Below, one piece after another: positions 51,015 to 63,600 of a stretch of DNA of 64,000 bases. Each line of letters begins with the position of its first letter. Positions within the stretch are counted from its first letter, which is position 1. Position numbers and translations under genes: made by a program. A model generated the notes under the pieces. It saw only the letters and a program-made list of their open reading frames with translations. It made no database searches and had not been told where the DNA came from. Source of the stretch: Camelus ferus (lineage: Eukaryota); the NCBI RefSeq assembly GCF_009834535.1, contig NC_045697.1:119600001-119664000 (forward strand), read 5' to 3'.

Positions 51015-54000
51015 TTGCTGTCTGTTGGAGGATCCTCCAAACCCTCAGGATTCTGGAACAAGTCTTTGCATGTTGGGAGGTGTGGAGCCCCAATCCACGC
51101 AGAAGGATGGGGTCACAGATTTGTCCCTGTTAGGGAGAAGTCCGCTAATTACCTCCACAGTGCGTCTTGGGGCACTCGCCTCCTCTTGGCTTTTCAGCCA
51201 ATCCCCCAGAATTCACTCGCAGCTCGGCCTTTGAAAACACTCATGGCATGTAAGCTAGGGTTCTATTGGAACCCAGGTGCTGAAGACAGTTGTAGGAACC
51301 TCCCCAAACTCAGGATAACAGAACAAATCTTCGAGAGTCTGATAGAGATGGGTATACAAATTCCACGCTTGTTTCAGGTGGTACAGGCTTTCTTAGGTTG
51401 TGGAAGTTCGTATAATTAACTCCACTCTCCATGGGGAGGCCCTTGCATTTGCTTGGATTTCCAGCCCTACCTCCAGCTTTTCCTCGCAGCCCGGCCTGGG
51501 AAAAACTCAGGGAATAAAAGCTACAGGTTCTGAAAGAACAAAGTTGATTCTAAAAGTTGTAAAATCTCCCCAAATTAAGGAAAAGAGAACACTTCTTTGT
51601 GTGTGTGATGGAGTAGAAAAATACACTAAAGGCATGTTTCTGGGGTGCAGGTGTTCCCAGGATGTGAGATTTTGGCTAATTACCTCTACTGCCCATGGGG
51701 AGGCACTCTGATTTTCTTCGTTTTCCAGCCCTACTCCCAGCATTCCATTGCTGCACGGGGTAGGAAAACACCCATGGATGACAAATTAAATAATACTATC
51801 AGAAACACGGCGCTGCCGTCTTTTGCAGGAACCTCCACACACACAGGATTCCCAAACAAGGCTTTGATTGGGGATTTGTGAAGCCCCACTCCACACACAT
51901 GGCTGGGGGCACAAGTATTTCCCTGTTAAAGAGAAGTCAGTTAATTAACTCCACAGTGTATCTTGGGGCACTCGCTGCTTCTTGGCTTTTCAGCCAATTC
52001 CCCAGATTTCACTCTCAGCCCGGTCTCGGAAAACACTCAGTGAAGGAAAGCTAAAAGTTCTATTAGAACCCAGGCGATCCTGACAGTTGTAGAAACCTCA
52101 ACATACTAAGGAAAACAGAATACTCCTTTGTGTGTGTGATGGAGTAGGAAAACACACTAAAGGCATGTTTCTGGGGTGCAGGTGTTCCCAGGATGGGAGA
52201 TGTTGGCTAATTACCTCCACTGCCCATGGGGAAGCACTCTCTTTACTTCGATTTCCAGCCCTAAACCTAGCATTCCCTTGCAGTCCGACCATGGAAAACA
52301 ATCAGGGGTTTAAAAGTCTAAGATATTCTGTCAGAACCATGGAGCTGCTGTCTGTTGGAGGAACCTCCAAACACTCACGATTCAGGAACACGGCTTTGTT
52401 GGGGGAAGTGGTGAAGCCCCACTGCACACTCAATGTTGGGGCACATGATTTTCCCTGTTAGGGAGATGTCTGCTATTTACATCCATATTCCATCTAGGGG
52501 CACTCGCTGCTACTTGGCTTTCCATACCAACCCCTAGGTTTCCCTCACAGCCCGGCCTGGTAAATACTCAGGTATAATACGCTATTGGTTGTATTGGAAC
52601 CCAGGCGCTACGTACCGTTGTAGGAAACATCCCACACCTAAGATAACAGAAGAAATCTTTGTGGGTCTGATGGAGATTTGTAAACAATGTCCACGCATGT
52701 TTGGGGGGGCACAGGTGTTCCAAGGCTGTGGGACGTCGGAAAAATACCTCAAATTTTCATGGGGAGTAACTTGCTGCTTCTACGAATCTCAGCCCAACCC
52801 AGAGCTATACCTCGCAGTCAGGCCTGTGAAAACAATCACGGATAAGAAAATACTGGTGCTATAATATCCCAGGCGCTGTTCATAGTTGTAGAAACCTCCC
52901 CAAACTCAGGATAGTGGAACACATATTTGTGTATGATGGTTTAGGAAAATACACTACAGGTATGTGTCTGGGGGTACACCTTTTCCCAGGTTTGGAGATG
53001 TCGCCTAATTACCTCCACTGCCAATGTGGAGGCACTCTCTACTTCTTCGATTTCCAGACCAACTCCCAAATATCCCTTGCAGCCCGGCCTAAGAAAACAC
53101 CAAGATATGACAATATTAGTGATTCTATCAGAACCATATCGCTGCTGTCGGTAGGAGGTTCCCAACAAACTCAAAATTCCGGAAAACGGCTTTGCTTGGT
53201 GGAGGTGTGGAACCTCACACCACACAGAAGCCTGGGGGCACAGGAATTCCCTGTTTATGAGAAGTCCGCTAATTACCTCTACAGTCAATCTCTAGGCACT
53301 TGTTGCTACTTGCCTTTCCAGCCGAAACCCCAGATTTCCCTCGCAGCCCGCCCTGGAAGACACTCAGAAAAATATGCTAGTGGTTCTAATCTAACACAGG
53401 CACTGCAGACCGTTGTAGGAACCACCGCACACGCAGCATAACAGAATATATTTTTGTGTCTGATTGAGATGGTAAAATCTCCACGCATGTTTCAGGGGGT
53501 ACAGGTATTCATAGGTTGTGGGAGGTCAGATACTTCCCACTACTGCCCATGGGGAGGAAATCGCTCCTGCTTGGCTTTCCAGCCCATTCCCATTTTCCCT
53601 TGCTACCCAGCCTGAGAGAACACTCAGAAAATTTTGCTTAAATTTTAATTAGAACCCAGGCGCTTCTGAGAGTTGTAGAAACCTCCCAATACACAGGGTA
53701 ACAGAACACTTCTTTGTGTGTGTTACGTAGCAGGAAAACTCACTCCATGCATGTTTCTGGGGTGCAGGTTTAACCAGGTTGGGAGACGTTGGCTAATTAT
53801 CTCCAGTGTCCATGGGGAGGCACTCTGTTTTTCTTCGTTTTCCAGCCCTACTCCCAGCTTTCCCTTAGAGCCCGGGATAGGGAAACCCCCATGGATGACA
53901 GACTAAGTACTTCTATCATAACACTGGCGCTTCTGTCTGTTGCAGGAACCTCCACACACACAGGATTCCCAAACACGGCTTTGATTGGGGAGTTGTGAAG

Positions 54001-56579
54001 CCCCACTCCACACACATGGCTGGGGGCACAAGTATTTCCCTGTTATTGAGAAGTCAGTTAATTACCTCCACAGTGCATCTTGGGGCACTCGCTGCTTCTT
54101 GGATTTTCAGCCAATTCCCCAGATTTCACTCTCAGCCCGGTCTCGGAAAACACTCAGGGAAGTAAAGCTACAAGTTCTATTAGAACCCAGGCGATCCTGA
54201 AAGTTGTAGAAACCACAACATACTAAGGAAAACAGAATACTCCTTTGTGTGTGTGATGGAGTAGGAAAACACACTAAAGGCATGTTTCTGGGGTGCAGGT
54301 GTTCCCAGGATGGGAGATGTTGGCTAATTACCTCCACTGCCCATGGGGAAGCACTCTCTTCACTTCGATTTCCAGCTCTAATCCTAGCATTCCCTGGCAG
54401 CCCGACCGTGGGAAACACCCAGGTATTAGAAATCTAAGACATTCTGTCAGAACCATGGAGCTGCTGTCTGTTGTAGGAACCTCCAAACACTCACGATTCT
54501 GGAACACGGCTTTGTTTGGGGGAGTGGTGAAGCCGAACTGCACACTCACTGTTGGGGGCACATAATTTTCCCTGTTAGGGAGAAGTCTGCTAATTAAATC
54601 CACAATCCATCTAGGGGCACTCGCTGCTACTTGGCTTTCCATACCAACCCCCAGATTTCCCTCACAGCCCGGCCTGGGTAAACACTCAGTTATAATATGC
54701 TATTGGTTGTATTGGAACCCAGTCGCTACCTACCGTTGTAGGAAACATCCCACACCTAGGATAACAGAAGAAACTTTTGTGGGTCTGTTGGAGATGGATA
54801 AACAAGCTCTACTCATTTTTCTGGGGTCACAGGTGTTCCAAGGCTGTGGGACGTCGGAAAAATACCTCAAATTTTCATGGGGAGTAACTTGCTGCTTCTA
54901 CGAAACTCAGCCCAACCCACAGCTTTACCTCGCAGTCAGGCCTGTGAAAAAAATCACGGATAAGAAAATACAGGTGCTAATATATCCCAGGCGCTGTTCA
55001 CAGTTGTAGAAAACTCCCCACACTCAGGATAGTGGAACACATATTTGTGTGTATGATGGTTTAAGAAAATACACTACAGGCATGTTTCTTTGGGTACACC
55101 TTTTCCCAGGTTTAGAGATGTCGCCTAATTACCTCCACTGCCAATGGGGAGGCACTCTCTACTTCTTCGCTTTCCAGACCAACTCCCAAATATCCCTTGC
55201 AGCCCGGCCTAAGGAAACACATAGATATGACCATATTAGTGATTCTATCAGAACCACGTCGCTGCTGTCGGTAGGAGGTTCCCAACAAACTCAAAATTCC
55301 GGAAAGTGGCTTTGCTTGGTGGAGGTGTGGAACCTCACACCACACAGAAGTCTGGGGGCACAGGAATTCCCTGTTCATGAGAAGTCCGCTAATTACCTCT
55401 ACAGTCAATCTCTAGGCACTTGTTGCTACTTGGCTTTCCAGCAGAACCCCCAGATTTCCCTCGCAGCCCGCCCTGGAAGACACTCAGAAAAATATGCTAG
55501 TGGTTTTAATGGAACACAGGCACTGCAGACCGTTGTAGGAACCACCGCACACGCAGCATAATAGAACATATTTTTGTGTCTGATTGAGATGGTAAAATCT
55601 CCAAGCATGTATCAGGGGGTACAGGTATTCCTAGGTTGTGGGAAGTCAGATAGTTCCCACTACTGCCCATGGGGAGGAAATCGCTCCTGCTTGTCTTTCC
55701 AGCCCATCCCCAGGTTCCCTTGCAACCCAGCCTGAGAAAACACTCAGAAAATATTGCTTAACTTTAATTAGAACCCAGGCGCTGCTGACAGTTGTAGAAA
55801 CCTCCCAATACACAGGGTAACAGAACACTACTTTGTGTGTATTATGTAGTAGGAAAACACACTCCATGCATGTTTCTGGGGTGGCAGGTTTAACCAGGTT
55901 GGGAGACGTTGGCTAATTATCTCCAGAGTCCATGTGGTGGCACTCTGTTTTTCTTCATTTTCCAGCCCTACTCCCAGGTTTCCCTTGCAGCCCGGGTTAG
56001 GAAATCACCCAGGGATGACAGACTAAATGATTCTATCAGAAACCTGGCGCTGCTGTCAGTTGGAGGGACCTCCAAACACACAGGATTCCCAAACACGGCT
56101 TTGCTTGGGTGAGTTGTGAAGCCCACACCACACACATAGCTGGGGGCACAAGTTTTTCCCTGTTAGGGAGAAGTCCGCTAATTCCCTCTACAGTCCATCT
56201 CGGGGCACTCCCTGCTACTTGGATTTCCAGCCCAACCCCCAGGTTACCCTTTCAGGTCGGCCTGGGGTAACACAAAGGTAAAAGAACTACTGGTGCTATA
56301 AGAACCCATGCGCTACTGACAATTGTGGAAACCTTCGAACACTCAGGATAACAGAGAAAATCTTTCTGTGTGTGATGGAGTATGAAAACACATGCCAGGC
56401 ATTATTTTGGGGTTCCAGGCTTTCCCAGGATGGGAGATGTCGTCTAGATTCCTTCGTTGTTCATGGGGAGTCACTGTCTCCTTCTTCGTTTTCAAGCCCA
56501 ACTCCCAGCTTTCCCTTGTAGCCCGGACTAGTGAAACACCCAGGGATGAAAAATAAATGATTCTATCAGTACCCCAGCT
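51015..56579 (+). repeat. 21-mer variant of the family-II HOR (M1-M11 followed by M4-M13)
   Basis: The unit is 5565 bp. After M11 the sequence switches at ~53,940 to M4 (TGCAGGAACCTCCACACACACAGGATTCCCAAACACGGCTTTGATTGGGG). Confidence 0.9.
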
Positions 56580-59500
56580 TTGCTCTCTGTTGGAGGATCC
56601 TCCAAACCCTCAGGTTTCTGGAACAAGTCTTTGCATGTTGGGAGGTGTGGAGCCCCAATCCACACAGAAGAATGGGGTCACAGATTTGTCCTTGTTAGGG
56701 AGAAGTCCGCTAATTACCTCCACAGTTCGTCTTGGGGCATTCGCCTCTTCTTGGTTTTTCAGCCAATCCACCAGAATTCACTCGCAGCCCGGCCTTTGAA
56801 AACACTCAGGGCAAGTAAGCTAGGGTTCTATAGGAACCCAGGTGCTGAAGACAGTTGTAGGAACCTCCCCAAACTCAGGATAACAGAACAATCCTTCGAG
56901 AGTCTGATAGAGATGGGTATACAAACTCCAGGCTTGTTTCCGGTGGTACAGGCTATCTTAGGTTGTGGAAGTTCGTATAATTAACTCCACTGTCCATGGG
57001 GAGGCGCTTGAAGTTGCTTGGATTTCCAGCACTACCCCCAGGTTTTCCTCGCAGCCCGGCCTCAGAAAAACTCAGGGAATAAAAGCTACAGGTTCTGAAA
57101 GATCAAAGTTGCTCCTAAAAGTTGTAGAAACCTCCCCACACTAAGGAAAACAGAACACTTCTTTGTGTGTGTGATGGAGTAGAAAATACACTAAAGGCAT
57201 TTTTCTGGGGTGCAGGTGTTCCCAGGATGGGAGATTTTGGCTAATTACCTCCACTGCCCATGGGGAGGCACTCTGATTTTCTTCGTTTTCCAGCCCTACT
57301 CCCAGCATTCCATTGCTGCACGGGCTAGGAAAACACCCAGGGATGACAAACTAAATAATTCTATCAGAAAACCGGCACTGCCGTCAGTTGCAGGAACCTC
57401 CACACACACAGGATTCCCAAACACGGCTTTGATTGGGGAATTGTGAAGCCCCACTCCACACACATGGCTGGGGGCACAATTATTTCCCTGTTATAGATAT
57501 GTCAGTTAATTTCTTCCACAGTGTATCTTGGGGCACTCGCTGCTTCTTGGCTTTTCAGCCAATTCCCCAGATTTCACTCTCAGTCCGGTCTCGGAAAACA
57601 CTCATGGAAGGAAAGCTACAAGTTCTATTAGAACTCAGGCGATCCTGACAGTTGTAGAAACCTCAACATCCTAAGGAAAACAGAATACTCCTTTGTGTGT
57701 GTGATGGAGTAGGAAAACACACTAAATGCAGGTTTCTGGGGTGCAGGTGTTCCCAGGATGGGAGATGTTGGCTAATTACCTCCACTGCCCATGGGGAAGC
57801 ACTCTCTTCACTTCGATTTCCAGCCCTAAACCTAGCATTCCCTTGCAGTCCGACCGTGGAAAACACTCTGGGGTTTAAAAAACTAAGATATTCTGTCAGA
57901 ACCATGGAGCTGCTGTCTGTTGGAGGAACCTCCAAACACTCACGATTCAGGAACACGGCTTTGTTGGGGGAAGTGGTGAAGCCCCACTGCACACTCACTG
58001 TTGGGGTGACATGATTTTCCCTGTTAGGGAGAAGTATGCTAATTACATCCACAGTCCATCTAGGGGCACTCGCTGCTACTTGGCTTTCCATACCAACCCC
58101 TAGCTTTCCCCTCACTGCCCGGCCTGGGTAAACACTCAGGGATAATATGCTATTGGTTGTATTGGAACCCAGTCGCTACCTACCTTTGTAGGAAACATCC
58201 CACACCTAGGATAACAGAAGAAACTTTTGTGGGTCTGTTGGAGATGGGTAAACAAGCTCCACACATTTTTCTGGGGGCACAGGTGTTCCAAGGCTGTGGG
58301 ACGTCGGAAAAATACCTCAAATTTTCATGGGGAGTAACTTGCTGCTTCTACGAAACTCAGCCCAACCAACAGCTTTACCTCGCAGTCAGGCCTGTGAAAA
58401 CAATCACGGATAAGAAAATACTGGTGCTATTATATCCCAGGCGCTGTTCATAGTTGTAGAAAACTCCCCACACTCAGGATAGTGGAACACATATTTGTGT
58501 GTATGATGGTTTAGGAAAATACACCCCGGCATGTTTCTTTGGGTACAACTGTTCCCAGGTTTGGAGATGTCGCCTAATAAACTCCACTGCCAATGTGGAG
58601 GCACTCTCTATTTCTTCGCTTTCCAGACCAACTCCAACATATCCCTTGCAGCCTGGCCTAAGAAAACACCTAGATATGACAATATTAGTGATTCTATCAG
58701 AACCCCCGTTGCTGCTGTCGGTAGGAGGTAACCAACACACTCAAAATTCCGAAAAACGGCTTTGCCTTGTGTAGGTGTGGAGCCCCACACCACACAGATG
58801 CCTAGGGCACAGGAATTCCCTGTTTATGAGAAGTCCGCTAATTACCTCTACAGTCAATTTCTAGGCACTTGTTTCTACTTGGCTTTCCAGGCTAACGCCC
58901 AGCTTTCACACGCAGTCCGCCCTGGAAATCACTCAGAAGAAATATGCTAGTGGTTCTAATTGAACACAGGCACTGCAGACCATTGTAGGAACAACCGCAC
59001 ACGCAGAATAACAGAAAATATTTTTGTGTCTGATTGAGATGGTAAAACCTCCACGCATGTTTCAGGGGGTACAGTTATTCCTAGGTTGTGGGAATTCAGA
59101 TAATTCCCACTACTGCCCATGGGGAGGAAATCGCTCCTGCTTGGCTTTCCAGCCCATCCCCAGGTTCCCTTGCAACCCAGCCTGAGAGAACACTCAGAAA
59201 TGTAGCTTAAATTTTAATTAGATCCCAGGCGCTGCTGACAGTTGTAGAAACCTCCCAATACACAGGGTAACAGAACACTTCTTTGTGTGTGTTATGTAGT
59301 AGGAAAACACACTCCATGCATGTTTCTGGGGTGCAGGTTTAAGCAGCTTGGGAGACGTTGGCTAATTATCTCCAGAGTCCATGTGAGGCACTCGGTTTTT
59401 CTTCGTTTTAAAGCCCTACTCCCAGCTTTCCCTCGCAGCCCGGGTTAGGAAAACACCCAGGGATGACAGACTAAGTGATTCTATAAGAACCCTGGTGCTG

Positions 59501-60559
59501 CTGTCTGTTGGAGGGACCTCCAAACACACAGGATTCCCAAACACTGCTTTGCTTGGTTGAGTTGTGAAGACCCACACCACACACATGGCTTGGGGCACAA
59601 GTTTTTCCCTGTTAGGGAGAAGTCCGCTAATTCCCTCTACAGTCCATCTCGGGGCGCTCCCTGCTAATTGGATTTCCAGCCCAACCCCCAGGTTTCCCTT
59701 GCAGCCCGGCCTGGGGTAACACACAGGGAATTGAACTACAGGTGCTATAAGAAACCCATGCGCTGCTGACAATTGTGGAAACCTTCGAACACTCAGGATA
59801 ACAGAACAAATCTTTCTGTGTGTGATGGAGTATGAAAACACACGCCAGGCATTTTTTTGGGGTTCCAGGTTTTCCCAGGTTGGGAGATGTCGGGTAGATT
59901 CCTTCATTGTTCATGGGGAGTCACTGTCTTCTTCGTTTTCAAGCCCAACTCCCAGCTTTCCCTTGTAGCCCGGACTAGTGAAACACTCAGGGATGAAAAT
60001 AAATGATTCTATCAGTACCCCGGCGTTGCTGTCTGTTGGAGGATCCTCCCAAACCCTCAGGATTCTGGAACAAGTCTTTGCATGTTGGGAGGTGTGGAGC
60101 CCCAATCCACGCAGAAGGATGGGGTCACAGATTTGTCCCTGTTAGGAGAAGTCCGCTAATTACCTCCACAGTGCGTCTTGGGGCACTCGCTCCTCTGGCT
60201 TTTCAGCCAATCCCCCAGAATTCACTCGCAGCTCGGCCTTTGAAAACACTCATGGCATGTAAGCTAGGTTTCTATAGGAACCAGGTGCTGAAGACAGTTG
60301 TAGGAACCTCCCCAAACTCAGGATAACAGAACAAATCTTCGAGAGTCTGATAGAGATGGGTATACAAACTCCACGCTTGTTTCAGGTGGTACAGGCTTTC
60401 TTAGGTTGTGGAAGTTCGTATAATTAACTCCACTCTCATGGGGAGGCCCTTGCATTTGCTTGGATTTCAAGCCTACCTCCAGCCTTTTCCTCGCAGCCCG
60501 GCCTGGGAAAAACTCAGGGAATAAAAGCTACAGGTTCTGAAAGAACAAAGTTGATTCTA

Positions 60560-60659
60560 NNNNNNNNNNNNNNNNNNNNNNNNNNNNNNNNNNNNNNNNN
60601 NNNNNNNNNNNNNNNNNNNNNNNNNNNNNNNNNNNNNNNNNNNNNNNNNNNNNNNNNNN
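60560..60659. other. Assembly gap (100 N, conventional unknown-size scaffold join)
   Basis: A run of exactly 100 N. The HOR phase jumps across it from the start of M3 to the middle of M9. Confidence 0.99.
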
Positions 60660-63600
60660 GAACCTCCACCACACAGAAGACTGGGGGCACAGAATTCCTG
60701 TTTATGAGAAGTCCCCACTAATTACCTCTACAGTCAATCTCTAGGCACTTGTTGTCTACTTGGCTTTCCAGCCGAACCCCCAGCTTTCCCTCACAGCCCG
60801 CCCTGGAAGACAATCCGAAAAAATATTGCTAGTTGTTCTAATGGAACACAGGCACTGCAGACCGTTGTAGGAACCACCGCACACTCAGGATAACAGAACA
60901 TATTTTGTGTCTGATTGAGTTGGTGAAATCTCCACGCATATTTCAGGGGTTACAGGTATTCCTAGGTGTGGGAGGTCAGATAATTCCCACTACTGCCCAT
61001 GGGGAGGAATCGCTCCTTCTGGTTTTCAGCCCATCCCAGGTTCCCATGCAACCGCCTGAGAGAACACTCAGAAAAATTTTGCTTAATGTTAATTAGAACA
61101 CAGGCGCTTGCTGACAGTTTTAGAAACCTCCCAATACACAAGGTAACCGACACTTTTTGTGTGTGTTATATAGTAGGAAAACACCTCATGCATGTTTCTC
61201 TGGGGTGCAGGTTTAACCAGTTTGGGAGACGTTGGCTAATTATCTCCAGAGACCATGGGAGTGCACTCTGTTTTTCTTCATTTTCCAGCCCTACTCCCAG
61301 GTTTCCCTTGCAGCCCGGGTTAGGAAAACACCCAGGGATGACAGACTAAGTGATTCTATCAGAAACCTGTGCACTGCTGTCAGTTGGAGGGACCTCCAAA
61401 CACACAGGATTCCCAAACACGGCTGTGCTTGGGTGAGTTGTTGAAGCCCACAACCACACACATGGCGGGGGCACTAGTTTTTCCCTGTTAGGGAGAAGTC
61501 CGCTAATTCCTCTACAGTCCATCTCGGGGCACTCCCGCTACTTGGATTTCCAGCCCAACCCCCAGGTTTCCCTTGCAGTCCGGCCTGGGTTAACACACAG
61601 TTAAAAGAACTACTGGGCTATAAGACCCCATGCGCTGCTGACAATTGTGGAAAACCTTCGAACACTCAGAATAACAGAACAAATCTTTCTGTGTGTGATG
61701 GAGTATGAAAACACACGCCAGGCATTTTTTTGGGGTTCCAGGCTTTTCCCAGGTTGGGAGATGTCGGTCCAGATTCCTTCATTGTTCATGGGAGTCACTG
61801 TATCTTCTTCGTTTTCAAGCCCAACTCCCAGCTTTCCCTTGTAGCCTGGACTAGTGAAACACCCAGGGATGAAAAATAAATGATTCTATCAGTACCCCGG
61901 CGTTGCTGTCTGTTGGAGGATCCTCCAAACCCTCAAGATTCTGGAACAAGTCTTTGCATGTTGGGAGGTGTGGAGCCCCAATCCACGCGAAGGATGGGGG
62001 TCACAGATTTGTCCCTGTTAGGGAGAAGTCCGCTAATTACCTCCACATTGCGTCTTGGGGCACTCGCCTACTCTTGGATTTTCAGCCAATCCCCCAGAAT
62101 TCACTCGCAGCCCGGCCTTTGAAAACACTCAGGGCAAGTAAGCAAGGGTTCTATAGGAACCCAGGTGCTGAAGACAGTTGTAGGAACCTCCCCAAACTCA
62201 GGATAACAGAACAAATCTTCGAGAGTCTGATAGAGATGGGTATACAAACTCCAGGCTTGTTTCAGGTGGTACAGGCTTTCTTAGGTTGTGGAAGTTCGTA
62301 TAATTAACTCCACTGTCCATGGGGAGGCCCTTGCAGTTGCTTGGATTTCCAGCCCTACCCCCAGCTTTTCCTCGCAGCCCGGCCTGAGAAAAACTCAGGG
62401 AATAAAAGCTACAGGTTCTGAAAGAACAAAGTTGCTCCTAAAAGTTGTAGAAACCTCCCCACACTAAGGAAAACAGAACACTTCTTTGTGTGTGTGATGG
62501 AGTAGAAAAATACACTAAAGGCATGTTTCTGGGGTGCAGGTGTTCCCAGGATGGGAGATTTTGGCTAATTACCTCCACTGCCCATGGGGAGGCACTCTGA
62601 TTTTCTTCGTTTTCCAGCCCTACTCCCAGCATTCCCTTGCTGCACGGGTTAGGAAAACACCCAGGGATGACAAACTAAGTTAATCTATAAGAACACAGGC
62701 GCTGCTCTCTGTTGCAGGAACCTCCACACACACAGGATTCCCAAACACGGCTTTGATTGGGGAGTTGTGAAGCCCCACTCCACACACATGGCTGGGGGCC
62801 ACAAGTATTTCCCTGTTATAGAGAAGTCAGTTAATTACCTCCACAGTGTATCATTGGGGCACTCGCTGCTTCTTGGCTTTTCAGCCAATTCCCCAGATTT
62901 CACTCTCAGCCCGGTCTCGGAAAACACTCAGGGAAGGAAAGCTACAAGTTCTATTAGAACCCAGGCGATCCTGACAGTTGTACAAACCTCAACATACTAA
63001 GGAAAACAGAATACTCCTTTGTGTGTGTGATGGAGTAGGAAAACACACTAAAGGCATGTTTCTGGGGTGCAGGTGTTCCCAGGATGGGAGATGTTGTCTA
63101 ATTACCTCCACTGCCCATGGGGAAGCACTCTCTTCACTTCGATTTCCAGCCCTAAACCTAGCATTCCCTTGCAGTCCGACCGTGTAAAACACTCAGGGGT
63201 TTAAAAGACTAAGATATTCTGTCAGAACCATGGAGCTGCTGTCTGTTGGAGGAACTTCCAAACACTCACGATTCAGGAACACGGCTTTGTTGGGGGAAGT
63301 GGTGAAGCCCCACTGCACACTCACTGTTGGGGGCACATGATTTTCCCTGTTAGGGAGAAGTCTGCTATTTACATCCATATTCCATCTAGGGGCACTCGCT
63401 GCTACTTGGCTTTCCATACCAACCCCCAGTTTTCCCTCACAGCCCGGCCTGGTAAACACTCAGGTATAATACGCTATTGGTTGTATTGGAACCCAGGCGC
63501 TACGTACCGTTGTAGGAAACATCCCACACCTAAGATAACAGAAGAAATCCTTGTGGGTCTGATGGAGATTGGTAAACAATCTCCACGCATGTTTGGGGGG

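Noticed and set aside
1190..60559. Fibonacci block sizes (2, 3, 5, 8, 13, 21, 34) as a functional code
   Set aside because: Sizes 11, 16, 26, 42 and 68 also occur. Homology-guided register shifts explain the pattern, so only that mechanistic version is reported.
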